A stretch of 64,000 nucleotides of DNA from a virus. Where the stretch lies: positions 1 through 64,000 of IMG/VR virus record IMGVR_UViG_3300011113_000642; one strand, given 5' to 3'. Position 1 is the stretch's first letter; each line of letters begins with the position of its first letter. A program made the position numbers and the translations under genes. The notes under the pieces were generated by a model. The model saw nothing but the letters and a program-made list of their open reading frames with translations. It ran no database searches and was not told the DNA's origin. Of this stretch, positions 47,216 through 57,603 are shown piece after piece.

Positions 47216-48000
47216 TTACATTTAAATCTTTAGGCAATTATGGTAGATTTGGAAATCAAATGTTTCAATACGCTACGCTTTTTGCAATAGCCAAAAAAAG
47301 AAAATATCAATTTGGTGTACCGTATAAAAATCGCCACCAAAACGATTACACGGATTTTTGTTTACCAGATTGTTTTCCAAATTTAACAGCAAAAAATTCA
47401 TCTGACGCAAATATTAAATTTGTAGCACAACAATTTATTTTTGAATACAATCCGGGTATTTTTGGTATTCTAGACGACACCGATATACGTGGTTATTTTC
47501 AAAGTGAAAAATATTTTGTTGATTACCGTGAACAACTTTTAAAAGAATATGAATTTAGTAAGCAAATAAAAGATAAAGCTTTAGATATAAGGTCACTGAC
47601 ACAAAAACAAGCTATATCGATTCACATTCGTTTGGGTGATTATGTCAACCAACAACAAAATCATCCTGTTTGTTCGATTGATTATTACGCTGAAGCATTG
47701 GAACAACTTCCAGATGACTTGCTGATTTATGTTTTTAGTGATGAAAATAAAAAAGCCGAACAAATTTTTAAATCATTGAATAAAAAAATAGTGTTCACAG
47801 AATCATCGGACAAATATGTTGATATGTGTACTATGGCATTATGTGATTATCATATCATAGCTAATAGTTCTTTTAGCTGGTGGGGGGCATGGTTGTCTAA
47901 TTCCAAGAAAGTAATAGCCCCATCTAAATGGTTTGGTAATGCTGAACACATGCCAAAGAATTGGTCAGATGTTTATTGTGAAGGATGGGTTGTAATATGA
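47212..48000 (+). CDS. Alpha-1,2-fucosyltransferase-like, GT11
   Basis: GRFGNQMFQYA; GYFQSEKYF; HIRLGDY; IANSSFSWWGAWL. Confidence 0.88.
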   Translation: MITFKSLGNYGRFGNQMFQYATLFAIAKKRKYQFGVPYKNRHQNDYTDFCLPDCFPNLTAKNSSDANIKFVAQQFIFEYNPGIFGILDDTDIRGYFQSEKYFVDYREQLLKEYEFSKQIKDKALDIRSLTQKQAISIHIRLGDYVNQQQNHPVCSIDYYAEALEQLPDDLLIYVFSDENKKAEQIFKSLNKKIVFTESSDKYVDMCTMALCDYHIIANSSFSWWGAWLSNSKKVIAPSKWFGNAEHMPKNWSDVYCEGWVVI

Positions 48001-48836
48001 ATACAGAAAATGTTACAGCCATAATTCCAATAAGAATTGATTCACCAGAACGATTAAAAAATATTAATACAACAATTTCCTTTTTATTAAAATTTTATAA
48101 CTGTAAAATTATAGTAAAAGAAGTTGATGCAAATCAAAAAGTTTTTTTAAAAAATAATCCAAGACTTACTTACATTTTTGAACAAACAAATGATTTATCT
48201 TATTTTCACAGAACCAAAATATTAAATGATATGTTATTTCTTGTTGAAACAAAATACACAATCAATTATGATTGTGATATATTGATTCCACAAGAAAATA
48301 TGTACAAAACATTAAAAATGTTAGAAGAGGGATATGATTTTGTTTTTCCTTATGCAAAAGGAACTTTTTTAACATATTGGAATTTTAATGATCAGCAAAT
48401 AGAAAAAATTTTATCTGACACCGATACATCTTGGTTGTCTTATTTGTTAAAAAAATACCCCATATCAACGATTCATCCAGGCTTAGAAGTATTTAAAAAA
48501 TTAAATTTAGGCAAAATAATTACAGCTGGGGGAATTCAATTTATTAAAACAGATTCATATAAAAAAGCATTTGGAGAAAACGAATCTTTTATAGATTGGG
48601 GTCCAGAAGATCAGGAAAGGTTATATAGATTTTTTATTTTAGGATATAAGATAGGCTGGATTGATTTTAACTGTGTAATTCATATGAATCACCCAAAATC
48701 AGCAGCGACTGACGCCAATAATATGTACAATCAAAAAAACCACGAATTGTGGGATTACATTACAAGTACATTTAAAACTAAAGAACAGTTAACAGATTAT
48801 TTAAAATTGTTACCTTATACAAATAGGTTTTTATGA
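47997..48836 (+). CDS. Glycosyltransferase, GT2/GT7-C-terminal-like
   Basis: DCD motif; ENE.F.DWGPEDQE. Confidence 0.7.
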   Translation: MNTENVTAIIPIRIDSPERLKNINTTISFLLKFYNCKIIVKEVDANQKVFLKNNPRLTYIFEQTNDLSYFHRTKILNDMLFLVETKYTINYDCDILIPQENMYKTLKMLEEGYDFVFPYAKGTFLTYWNFNDQQIEKILSDTDTSWLSYLLKKYPISTIHPGLEVFKKLNLGKIITAGGIQFIKTDSYKKAFGENESFIDWGPEDQERLYRFFILGYKIGWIDFNCVIHMNHPKSAATDANNMYNQKNHELWDYITSTFKTKEQLTDYLKLLPYTNRFL

Positions 48837-49765
48837 AAAACACAAAGTATAAAATTATTTTTTGGGGTTATCCACTACACACCGACACATTAAGTTATGT
48901 GTGGCATGCTCTGAAGAGAGCATTTGAATATCTTGGTTATGAATGTTATTGGTTTGATGACAATACATGTCCAGATAACTTTAATTATGAAAACTGTGTG
49001 TTTGTTACTGAAGGTAAGGCATGCAATAAGATGCCTATCCTAAAGGACAATACTTATATTGTGCATTATCTACATCAACCAGAACGGTTTCTCGGTAATG
49101 TCAATAGATTGATAGACATGAGGTATATGATAGATCGCCATTTTGGTGATCCGTTGTATACATGGGAATTTGATAAAAACAATTGCATTAAATTAGATGA
49201 CGGGATTTATTATGATAATAATGCAGTACCTTATGAAAAAATTTACATAGCTTGGGCTACAAATTTATTACCACATGAAATAAATTTTGAAAATCGTTTT
49301 ATCGAAAGAAAACCAGTTTTTAATTTTATAGGATCCATAAGCCCGAGCCATCAATGGGGGCAGCATGATCAAATTCAAGAATTTATGGATGAATGTAGTA
49401 AAAACAACATTGTTTGTAACCATTACAATCCTTGGGTCAACCCACAAACGGAAGAAAATTTAATAAAATTAACACAGGAGTCTATTATTGCTCCAGACTT
49501 TCGTGGTCCAAAACATTTAGAAATAGGTCTTATGCCTTGTAGGTTATTTAAAAACATATCCTATGGCCAATTAGGATTAACAAATTCGCCAAGAGCACAT
49601 TATTATTTAGAAGAGACCACCGTTTTTTCTAACTCACCGTCTGAAATATTTTATTTAGGGATGAATAATAAGACCAACTATGATTTGATAAAAAAACAAA
49701 TGGAGTTAGTCAAAGCAAAACATACTTACATAAATAGAATACGTGGGCTGATTAAATTATTATAA
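48833..49765 (+). CDS. Putative glycosyltransferase (YkvP/CgeB-like)
   Basis: FIGS; CRLFKNISYG; C-terminal HTYINRI. Confidence 0.55.
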   Translation: MKNTKYKIIFWGYPLHTDTLSYVWHALKRAFEYLGYECYWFDDNTCPDNFNYENCVFVTEGKACNKMPILKDNTYIVHYLHQPERFLGNVNRLIDMRYMIDRHFGDPLYTWEFDKNNCIKLDDGIYYDNNAVPYEKIYIAWATNLLPHEINFENRFIERKPVFNFIGSISPSHQWGQHDQIQEFMDECSKNNIVCNHYNPWVNPQTEENLIKLTQESIIAPDFRGPKHLEIGLMPCRLFKNISYGQLGLTNSPRAHYYLEETTVFSNSPSEIFYLGMNNKTNYDLIKKQMELVKAKHTYINRIRGLIKLL

Positions 49766-49781
49766 CAAAGTGAGTATTTAA

Positions 49782-50390
49782 ATGTTTTATAGTGATGCAA
49801 AACAAGATGAATTTATAGCTAGATTATTAAATTTTTCTAAAAAAGGTTTTTATGTTGATATTGGAAGCTGTGGTGCGATAGAATCGAACAATACTTATTT
49901 TTTTGAAAGTTTAATGTGGAATGGAATATGCATAGAACTTGAAGCTAGGTATAACCATACTTATTCCGCTCGTAATTGCAAATATCTAAATGCAGACGCA
50001 TTGAAGATAAATTATAAAAAATTATTTGAAGAAGTATCTGCTCCAGACAATATTGATTATTTGTCTTTAGACATTGACACACAGAGTGTTAATGTTTTAA
50101 AATTGTTACCCTTTGACACTTACATTTTTAAAATTATAACAATCGAACACGATGCATATCTATATGGTGACATCTATAAGTCAGAACAAACTAATATTTT
50201 GGCTTCTTTTGGATATATAAAACTGTTTGAAAATGTTTTTGTCCAACAAGTTGGTTTTAATAAATTAAATTGCCCCTTTGAAGACTGGTGGGTTCATCCT
50301 AGTTTTTTTGATTTAAACAAGTTAACTAATTTAAAATCCTGCAACGTATATCCATCCGAAATAATAGAAAAGTTAAAAAACTATGATTAA
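49782..50390 (+). CDS. FkbM-family methyltransferase
   Basis: YVDIGS...NNTY.FE..W.GICIE; IDYLSLDID; FEDWWVHP. Confidence 0.75.
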   Translation: MFYSDAKQDEFIARLLNFSKKGFYVDIGSCGAIESNNTYFFESLMWNGICIELEARYNHTYSARNCKYLNADALKINYKKLFEEVSAPDNIDYLSLDIDTQSVNVLKLLPFDTYIFKIITIEHDAYLYGDIYKSEQTNILASFGYIKLFENVFVQQVGFNKLNCPFEDWWVHPSFFDLNKLTNLKSCNVYPSEIIEKLKNYD

Positions 50391-51012
50391 AAAATTTTTT
50401 GCTGAACACAATTTTGACGAATATATCAGAAATAAATTTTTTTCAGATTATTCAAAACCCGGGACAATAGTTGAAGTTGGCGCAGCTACTCCGGATTTTA
50501 TTTCAATGTCCAGACATTTTAAATTAAATAACTGGCGGACAATCGTTGTGGAACCAAATCCCCATTTTGTTGAACTACACAAGCAATTAAATAATGAAAT
50601 ATATCCTTATGCTTGTTCATTTGAAAATAAAGATGATGTAGATTTTACATTAGTTCACGTCAATAATGGTCAAATTACAAATCATTCATTTTCTTCTTTT
50701 TATATAAAAGAAGAATATATTGCAAAAAATCACAACTGGCCCACTACATTACCAAAAACTACAATCAAAGTTAAACAGCGAACTTTAGATTTTATTTTAC
50801 AAGAAGCAAACGTTAATGAAATTGACTTGCTTGTGGTTGATGTAGAGGGTTGGGAAATTGAAGTAATAAAAGGATTAACAAGAATAAAACCAAAACTTAT
50901 AATATTGGAAAATATATTTAATAATATGGATTATAGAAGATATATGGTCTCCATTGGTTATAGTTTTTTAGAACATCGTTACAACGATGATGTATACACC
51001 TTAGTATCTTAA
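50383..51012 (+). CDS. FkbM-family methyltransferase
   Basis: VEVGA; VEPNP; IDLLVVDVEGWE. Confidence 0.78.
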   Translation: MIKKFFAEHNFDEYIRNKFFSDYSKPGTIVEVGAATPDFISMSRHFKLNNWRTIVVEPNPHFVELHKQLNNEIYPYACSFENKDDVDFTLVHVNNGQITNHSFSSFYIKEEYIAKNHNWPTTLPKTTIKVKQRTLDFILQEANVNEIDLLVVDVEGWEIEVIKGLTRIKPKLIILENIFNNMDYRRYMVSIGYSFLEHRYNDDVYTLVS

Positions 51013-51014
51013 AT

Positions 51015-51929
51015 ATGAATAATTCATTAGTTATTGTGACGGGAATTTTAGGTCAAGATGGTCATTACTTAAATCATATTCTTTTAGAAAAAGGATTTGA
51101 CATTATTGGTATTGACAAAGTTAAAAATCAAACACATAAAAATAAAAATTATAATTTATTATTTGAGAATCTTACAAATTTAAATGTAGTAAACAATATT
51201 GTAAAAAAGTATAAACCTTATGCGGTTTTTAATTTAGCAGGATTTTCAAATGTTTTTGACCCGTGGGCAGACCATGATACTGTAGTAGAATCAACGAGCA
51301 GAATTCCAGAAAATTTTATTAGTGCAATACGCCATCACTCCCCAGAAACAAGATTTTGTCAGGCATCATCTTGTTTAGTATTCGGAAATACTGACACGAT
51401 AGTTCAAACAGAAAAAACCGCAAGAGCCCCATCATATCTTTATGGTGTATGTAAAAATTACATAGATACCCTAATACAAGAATCTAGAAAAGATTTAGGA
51501 CTTCATTTTACTTCGGCTATATTTTATAATCACGAATCACCGTATAGAGGTGATCAATTTTTTACAAAAAAAATAATAAATTTTGCAAAAACTTACAATA
51601 AACAAAATATATTACAATTAAAAAATTTAAATGTTCAAAAAGATATTGGTTTTGCGGGCGAGTATATGGAAGCTATGTTTAAAATAGCAACATCGTCAAA
51701 ACCTGATGACTATATTGTTTCCACAAATAAACTTGTAGATTTAAATTTTATTATTGATAAAATTTGTCAGCTATCTGGTCACAATCTTTGGGACAATATT
51801 ACCGTAGATGATCGACATGGTAATAACAAAATATTATGTGGCGACAATTCTAAAATTAAAACAGAACTAAACTGGTCACCGAAATATGACTGGGAATCGA
51901 CAATAGAATTAATTTGGAACAATATATAA
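51015..51929 (+). CDS. GDP-mannose 4,6-dehydratase-like SDR (divergent)
   Basis: TGILGQDG.YL; NLAG.S.V; QASS; YGVCK; YNHESP.R. Confidence 0.75.
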   Translation: MNNSLVIVTGILGQDGHYLNHILLEKGFDIIGIDKVKNQTHKNKNYNLLFENLTNLNVVNNIVKKYKPYAVFNLAGFSNVFDPWADHDTVVESTSRIPENFISAIRHHSPETRFCQASSCLVFGNTDTIVQTEKTARAPSYLYGVCKNYIDTLIQESRKDLGLHFTSAIFYNHESPYRGDQFFTKKIINFAKTYNKQNILQLKNLNVQKDIGFAGEYMEAMFKIATSSKPDDYIVSTNKLVDLNFIIDKICQLSGHNLWDNITVDDRHGNNKILCGDNSKIKTELNWSPKYDWESTIELIWNNI

Positions 51930-51976
51930 TTTGTTTTTGATAAAATACGTGGTATAATTTAAACTTAAGGAAAAAT

Positions 51977-53206
51977 ATGAATAAAGAATTTAATTTACTC
52001 AGTCTTGATAGTCTTTATGTATCTGATTTTTTAAATGACAACGAAAAGCCGAGAGGTGGAAAATACTCATTAGACATTGTGCTAGATACCACAATTAATG
52101 CACCACGTTTAAAAACAGTGGCACCATCGGGTGTAATGTATGGCAAGTATTGGTATCGTTCTGGTATCAATTCATCAATGAAAACCGAACTACAAAATAT
52201 CGTAGAAACGATTAAATCACGATTTAAACTTGTAGAAAATGACATTTGGTTGGATATTGCGTGCAATGACGGCACGCTTCTTTCTTTTGTCCCAAAGACT
52301 TGCATTCGTGTTGGTATCGATCCAGCTGACAATTCTTATGTCCAAGAATCAAAGCAATTTGCCAATGCAATTGTTCAAGATTATTTTTCTTTAAATGCTT
52401 GGCAAAAAACTCCTTTTGCAAAGCAAAAGGCAAAAGTCATCACTTCTATCGCGGTTTTTTATGATTTAGATGACCCAATGTCATTTGTAAATGACATAAA
52501 AAACGTCTTAGCAAAAGATGGTTTGTGGGTGTTACAACTAAGTTATACCCCACTTATGTTAAAGCAACTTGCTTTTGACAATATTTGCCATGAACACGTT
52601 TACTATTATTCAGTAGAAAATTTAAAAATTTTGTTTGAAAAATGTGGAATGAAAATAGTAGACGTTGAATTAAATGATGTCAACGGAGGTTCATTTCGTG
52701 TCTTTGTTATGAACAAGGAAGGAAATAAATCAAAGTACGGGACAGCTCCTCTAAGAGACGTTGCTTCATATAGAATTGATTCACTTCTTCAATACGAAAA
52801 AACTTTAAATCTTTCTTCTATTAAAACATGGAATGATTTTAAACAAAAAATCGATAATTTAAAAGATGAAGTAGTATCCTTTATCAAGGAAGCCAAAAAA
52901 AATGGCAAAACTGTTTGGGGATATGGCGCTTCTACCAAAGGAAACACATTATTGCAGTATTTTGGTTTAGATCATACTATGATTGATGCCATAGCCGAAA
53001 GAAGTCCCTATAAGTGGGGATTGAAGACCGTAGGAACAGGAATTCCAATCAAATCTGAGGCAGATATGCGTCAAGCACACCCAGATTATCTACTTGTACT
53101 ACCGTGGCACTTTATATCTGAATTTATTGAAAGAGAAAAAGACTACTTGGGCAAAGGTGGAAAGTTTATTGTTCCATGCCCTTCATTTAAAGTTATTGGA
53201 CTATAA
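51977..53206 (+). CDS. NDP-hexose C-methyltransferase
   Basis: YWYRSG; DIACNDGTLL; FDNICHEH; GYGASTKGNTLLQ; LPWHF; extended -10 TGGTATAAT upstream. Confidence 0.85.
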   Translation: MNKEFNLLSLDSLYVSDFLNDNEKPRGGKYSLDIVLDTTINAPRLKTVAPSGVMYGKYWYRSGINSSMKTELQNIVETIKSRFKLVENDIWLDIACNDGTLLSFVPKTCIRVGIDPADNSYVQESKQFANAIVQDYFSLNAWQKTPFAKQKAKVITSIAVFYDLDDPMSFVNDIKNVLAKDGLWVLQLSYTPLMLKQLAFDNICHEHVYYYSVENLKILFEKCGMKIVDVELNDVNGGSFRVFVMNKEGNKSKYGTAPLRDVASYRIDSLLQYEKTLNLSSIKTWNDFKQKIDNLKDEVVSFIKEAKKNGKTVWGYGASTKGNTLLQYFGLDHTMIDAIAERSPYKWGLKTVGTGIPIKSEADMRQAHPDYLLVLPWHFISEFIEREKDYLGKGGKFIVPCPSFKVIGL

Positions 53207-53208
53207 TT

Positions 53209-54198
53209 ATGACACAAAAAATTGCTTTAATTGCTGGTGTAAACGGACAAGACGGTTCCTATTTGAGCAAATTGCTTCTTGATAAGGGATATAGGGTTAT
53301 CGGTTTGAAGAGAAGAACAAGCTCAATAACAACAGATCGCATAGATGATATTATTTCTAATCCAAATTTTGTATTAAGATACTATGATCTTTTGGATGCG
53401 GCTTCTGCTTATAGTTTAATCTCTGAGTACAAACCAGATGAAGTATATAATCTAGCAGCACAGTCTCACGTAAAAGTATCTTATGAGTTACCTCACTATA
53501 CAGTGGATACTATTGTGACTGGTACTTTAAACCTTTTAGAGGCTATCAAATTACTAAAACCAAATACAAAATTTTATCAGGCATCTTCCTCCGAAATGTT
53601 TGGAGACAACCCAGTTATTCCTGACAAGGGATATAATGAAGATTCACAGTTGATACCAGTATCGCCTTATGCAGCAGCTAAGGTGTGTGCCCATCATCTT
53701 GTTCAAATTTATAGAAAATCATATAATTTACATGCATCATGTGGAATTCTTTTTAATCATGAATCACCTTATAGGGGTGAAACATTTGTAACTAAAAAAA
53801 TTACCATGGCTGCCGCCAAGATAAAGCTAGGAATGCAAAAAAAACTTTATCTAGGAAATCTCTATAGCAAAAGAGATTGGGGGTTTACTGGTGACTACGT
53901 AAAAGCAATGTGGCTAATGCTACAGCAAGAAATTCCAGACGATTATGTTATAGCCTCTGGGACAACCCACACGATTGAAGAATTTTTAGTTCAAGTTTTT
54001 GATTATGCCGAGTTGGGCGATTATAAACAGTTTGTAGAAATTGATTTAAAATTATTTAGACCTTCGGAAGTGCCCTACCTATTGGGCGATTCAACAAAGG
54101 CTAAAACCAAATTAAACTGGAACACCGATACGAATATGATTAAACTTGCACATATGATGTATGACTTTGATTATAAAAGTTTTAGTCTTAAACAATGA
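53209..54198 (+). CDS. gmd: GDP-mannose 4,6-dehydratase
   Basis: GQDGSYL; YNLAAQSHVKVS; QASSSEMFG; GILFNHESP.RGETFVT; RDWG. Confidence 0.92.
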   Translation: MTQKIALIAGVNGQDGSYLSKLLLDKGYRVIGLKRRTSSITTDRIDDIISNPNFVLRYYDLLDAASAYSLISEYKPDEVYNLAAQSHVKVSYELPHYTVDTIVTGTLNLLEAIKLLKPNTKFYQASSSEMFGDNPVIPDKGYNEDSQLIPVSPYAAAKVCAHHLVQIYRKSYNLHASCGILFNHESPYRGETFVTKKITMAAAKIKLGMQKKLYLGNLYSKRDWGFTGDYVKAMWLMLQQEIPDDYVIASGTTHTIEEFLVQVFDYAELGDYKQFVEIDLKLFRPSEVPYLLGDSTKAKTKLNWNTDTNMIKLAHMMYDFDYKSFSLKQ

Positions 54199-55157
54199 AA
54201 ATTGCACTTATTGGCCCCGGAATAATGGAAATACCTCCCCCTAAATGGGGAGCTGTAGAAATGGTTATATGGGATAACTACAATATTTTAATGGAAGCTG
54301 GGTATCAAGTAGACATTATAAATACACCAAACCATCAAGCCATTGTAGATACGGTAAATAGAAATAACTATGATGTAATTCATTTACATTATGATGTTTT
54401 TTCTTATTTGATACCGTATTTTAAAGCTAAAGTAAAAATTTTGTCAAGCCATTATCCTTTTATAGAAAAAAAGGAGCAATACCCCGCAGATGGTTATGAT
54501 AAAATCGTAAATCATATTATCAACAATAAAGATTTTTATATTTTTGCTTCGTCACAAAAAGACATAAACACATTTGTTTCGTATGGTGCAAATGAAGAAA
54601 AAACTTTTTTGTGTCGTTTAGGTGTAAAGCATGATTCTTATGATTACAATTTTAATGCTTTATATGATAAAACTCTTTGTTTTTCTCAGATTGTAGATAG
54701 AAAAAGACAGTTTAAAATTCAAGATATAAATGGTATTGATTTTGTTGGGCGATTAGATGATTCAAAATTTGTAAATAAAAAAACTTATTTGGGTGAATTC
54801 GACAGAACCATTTTAAACAAAGAAATAACCAAATATACAAATTTTATTTTGTTAAGTAAAACAGAAAATACAACGCCTTTAGTTGTGAAAGAAGCGCTAA
54901 TATGTGGACTTGGTTTAGTAGTTACTGAACCAGTTGCATACGAGCTCGATTTATCCAAACCATTTATCTCAATAATACCAGAAGATAAAATTGATGATAA
55001 ACAATATATTGCAAATACTGTAAATCAAAATAAAAACATCTCTATGAACATGAGAGATGAGATAAGAAATTATGGTATTACAAAGTTTGACATAAAAAAT
55101 ATTTTATTAAATGAATATATTCCAAAAATAAAAAAGTTAATGGAGACAGCTAAATGA
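54195..55157 (+). CDS. Glycosyltransferase, GT4-like
   Basis: IPP.KWGAVE; E..PLVVKEAL.CGL. Confidence 0.75.
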   Translation: MKIALIGPGIMEIPPPKWGAVEMVIWDNYNILMEAGYQVDIINTPNHQAIVDTVNRNNYDVIHLHYDVFSYLIPYFKAKVKILSSHYPFIEKKEQYPADGYDKIVNHIINNKDFYIFASSQKDINTFVSYGANEEKTFLCRLGVKHDSYDYNFNALYDKTLCFSQIVDRKRQFKIQDINGIDFVGRLDDSKFVNKKTYLGEFDRTILNKEITKYTNFILLSKTENTTPLVVKEALICGLGLVVTEPVAYELDLSKPFISIIPEDKIDDKQYIANTVNQNKNISMNMRDEIRNYGITKFDIKNILLNEYIPKIKKLMETAK

Positions 55158-55954
55158 AATGCAAATATACATTTTTTTATGTAGTTGGGGGAAAAGATTT
55201 ATATTATGAACAACTTCAAACATCAATAAAAAGTTTGCAAAGAATTAATTCACCATTTAAAATTAAAATTTTAGATATTGGTAAAAAACTCAAGTCAGAA
55301 AACAACATGGAAGTTATACACACCGATGTCGATATAAAAGATAAACACGTGTTTTGGCAATACAAATATAACATATGCCAAACATTAGATACTGACCATG
55401 GTATCTATCTTGATTGTGATACTGTTGTGTGTTATAATATGTTGGAAAATTTATTCAACAAAATAGGTTCTTCTTTTGGAGCAATTCCACATTTTTATGT
55501 TAAAAATTTTGAAAACTATTTAAATATTTTTAATACAACAAAAACAAAAGAGTATTGCGAGCAACACAACCTATCTAAGGAACATGTCTTTAATACTGCT
55601 GGTGTTTTTTTATTTTCAAATAATAAAGCCTGCAAAAATATTTTAAAAGAAACGTTTGATTTGCACAACACAGTTTATTCTGAAAAAACATCATACCAAG
55701 AAGGTTTATATGATGAAACCTTTTTGTCTACAGTTTTAAAAAATTACCACTATACCAAATTGAATGGATCTGCAAACCATTGTTCTGCCAATCTGATGCC
55801 TATTGAAATTCAAAATAATATATTGGTTGGAAAAAATCCATTTGATGATAATTACGAGCCAATTTTTGTTTTACACGGTTCTTCTAAAAGACAAAAAGAG
55901 GCTCAAGATTTTACTGGAAATATAAAAGAAAAAATTATAGAGTTTTGGAGTTAA
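55154..55954 (+). CDS. Glycosyltransferase, GT-A fold (GT8-like)
   Basis: YLDCDT; FNTAGVFLF; DETFL. Confidence 0.6.
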   Translation: MKCKYTFFYVVGGKDLYYEQLQTSIKSLQRINSPFKIKILDIGKKLKSENNMEVIHTDVDIKDKHVFWQYKYNICQTLDTDHGIYLDCDTVVCYNMLENLFNKIGSSFGAIPHFYVKNFENYLNIFNTTKTKEYCEQHNLSKEHVFNTAGVFLFSNNKACKNILKETFDLHNTVYSEKTSYQEGLYDETFLSTVLKNYHYTKLNGSANHCSANLMPIEIQNNILVGKNPFDDNYEPIFVLHGSSKRQKEAQDFTGNIKEKIIEFWS

Positions 55955-55955
55955 T

Positions 55956-56924
55956 ATGAAAATTGCAATTGTTGGTCCTGGCTTAATGGAAATACCCCCT
56001 AAAAATTGGGGGGCGGTAGAATCATTAATATGGGATTATTATGAATATTTAAAACAAAAAAATGTTTTGGTAGATATCATAAATCATCCAAACATGAATG
56101 AAGTCGCCAATCATCTCAATAATACAGAATATGATTTCATTCATGTTCAATATGACGATCATGCTGGACCTTTAAGCCATCTATTAAAAAAGCCTTTTTG
56201 TACAACAATGCATTATGGTTATATAAAAGAACACTATCCAACCTATGGAGGTTGGAAACCAATTTTTGATGGTATTTTAAAAAGTCCGGGAATTTTTTCT
56301 TTATCACCAGAAATTACTAAATTAGTAAAAAGCTCTGGCTATTCTAGTTTTATTAGAACGTTGCGTAATGGAGCTAGAACTAAAGATTTTGCGTTTAAAC
56401 ACGAAGGAACAAAGAGCGCAGTCTGCCTTGGAAAAATTGAAAACAGAAAACAACAAAGTTTTTTAGCAAGTAGATGTAAAAATAAATGTAACATAGATTT
56501 TGTGGGACCGATTGTAGACTCTTCCTTTAAAGAAAACAATACCTGCAAATATGGTGGTGTATGGAGCAAGCCAGATCTGTATCAAAAGATGACAGATTAT
56601 AAATGTTTGGTTTTACTCAGTGATGGTGAAGCTGCACCTCTGGTTGTACCCGAAGCCCTTTCAGCTGGTTTAAGCATAGTTGTTTCGAAAACAGCAGCAG
56701 CTAATTTAGACACCTCCCTCCCCTTTATACATGTTATCGATAACCCGAAGCAAGAAAACATTGAACATATTATAAATGAAACTATAGAAAACAACTCTAA
56801 ATATAGAAAACAAATAAGGCAGTATGCACTTGATGTTTTTGATTGGAATGTAGTGTGTAACGATTATATCAAATATGTGAAAGAATTTATAAATGAAACT
56901 AGCCTTTGCCACAATAGCAACTAA
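55956..56924 (+). CDS. Glycosyltransferase, GT4-like (paralog of 54195-55157)
   Basis: MKIAIVGPG.MEIPP.NWGAVE; EAAPLVVPEALSAGL. Confidence 0.78.
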   Translation: MKIAIVGPGLMEIPPKNWGAVESLIWDYYEYLKQKNVLVDIINHPNMNEVANHLNNTEYDFIHVQYDDHAGPLSHLLKKPFCTTMHYGYIKEHYPTYGGWKPIFDGILKSPGIFSLSPEITKLVKSSGYSSFIRTLRNGARTKDFAFKHEGTKSAVCLGKIENRKQQSFLASRCKNKCNIDFVGPIVDSSFKENNTCKYGGVWSKPDLYQKMTDYKCLVLLSDGEAAPLVVPEALSAGLSIVVSKTAAANLDTSLPFIHVIDNPKQENIEHIINETIENNSKYRKQIRQYALDVFDWNVVCNDYIKYVKEFINETSLCHNSN

Positions 56925-57603
56925 CAAGTACGCAGCGTATGCAAAAAATTTAATTGAAACAATAGATCGGTATGCGTTTACAGGATCTAATGTTGAAGTT
57001 TGTGTAGTTATTTATACAAACAATGAAAAAAATTTTTTAAATTATACGCCAACAAACATAAAAATAAAAACGGTAAATATAACACATGTTCCGTTTCCTT
57101 TGATTTCTTTATTAAGGTATCACTACTACACCTCCGATGATTCTTTAAAAAATTATGATTATGTTTATCACATTGATTGTGATATGTTGTTGCAAGACAA
57201 TGTTGGTGAAGAAATTGTTGGAGATCGAGTTTGTGTGGAACACCCGGGTTTTTTCCAACAATTTAATAATTTAAATTTTCCATATGATAGAAATCCTGTT
57301 GCAAATGCCTATGTTAAAATGGGTTTAGGTACAAAGTATTATCAAAATTGTTTGCAGGGTGGTTCTGTTAATGAATTTTTTAACATGAGCGTAGAACTGC
57401 GAAATCGAATAGAAGAAGATTTAAGAAAAAACTATATTGCGCTGTGGCACGATGAGAGTTATATGAATAAGTATATGGTGGACAATCCTCCAACCTTAAT
57501 TTTGCCAACAACATATGCTCAACCACAAGGCTGGCCATCATACGGGCCAACTAAAATTTTACATGTAGACAAAAATCATTTAGAGGTTAGAAAAACAAAA
57601 TGA
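56893..57603 (+). CDS. Glycosyltransferase family 6 (ABO-transferase-like)
   Basis: IATNKY; DCDM; HPGF; GG...F; WHDESYMNKY. Confidence 0.85.
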   Translation: MKLAFATIATNKYAAYAKNLIETIDRYAFTGSNVEVCVVIYTNNEKNFLNYTPTNIKIKTVNITHVPFPLISLLRYHYYTSDDSLKNYDYVYHIDCDMLLQDNVGEEIVGDRVCVEHPGFFQQFNNLNFPYDRNPVANAYVKMGLGTKYYQNCLQGGSVNEFFNMSVELRNRIEEDLRKNYIALWHDESYMNKYMVDNPPTLILPTTYAQPQGWPSYGPTKILHVDKNHLEVRKTK

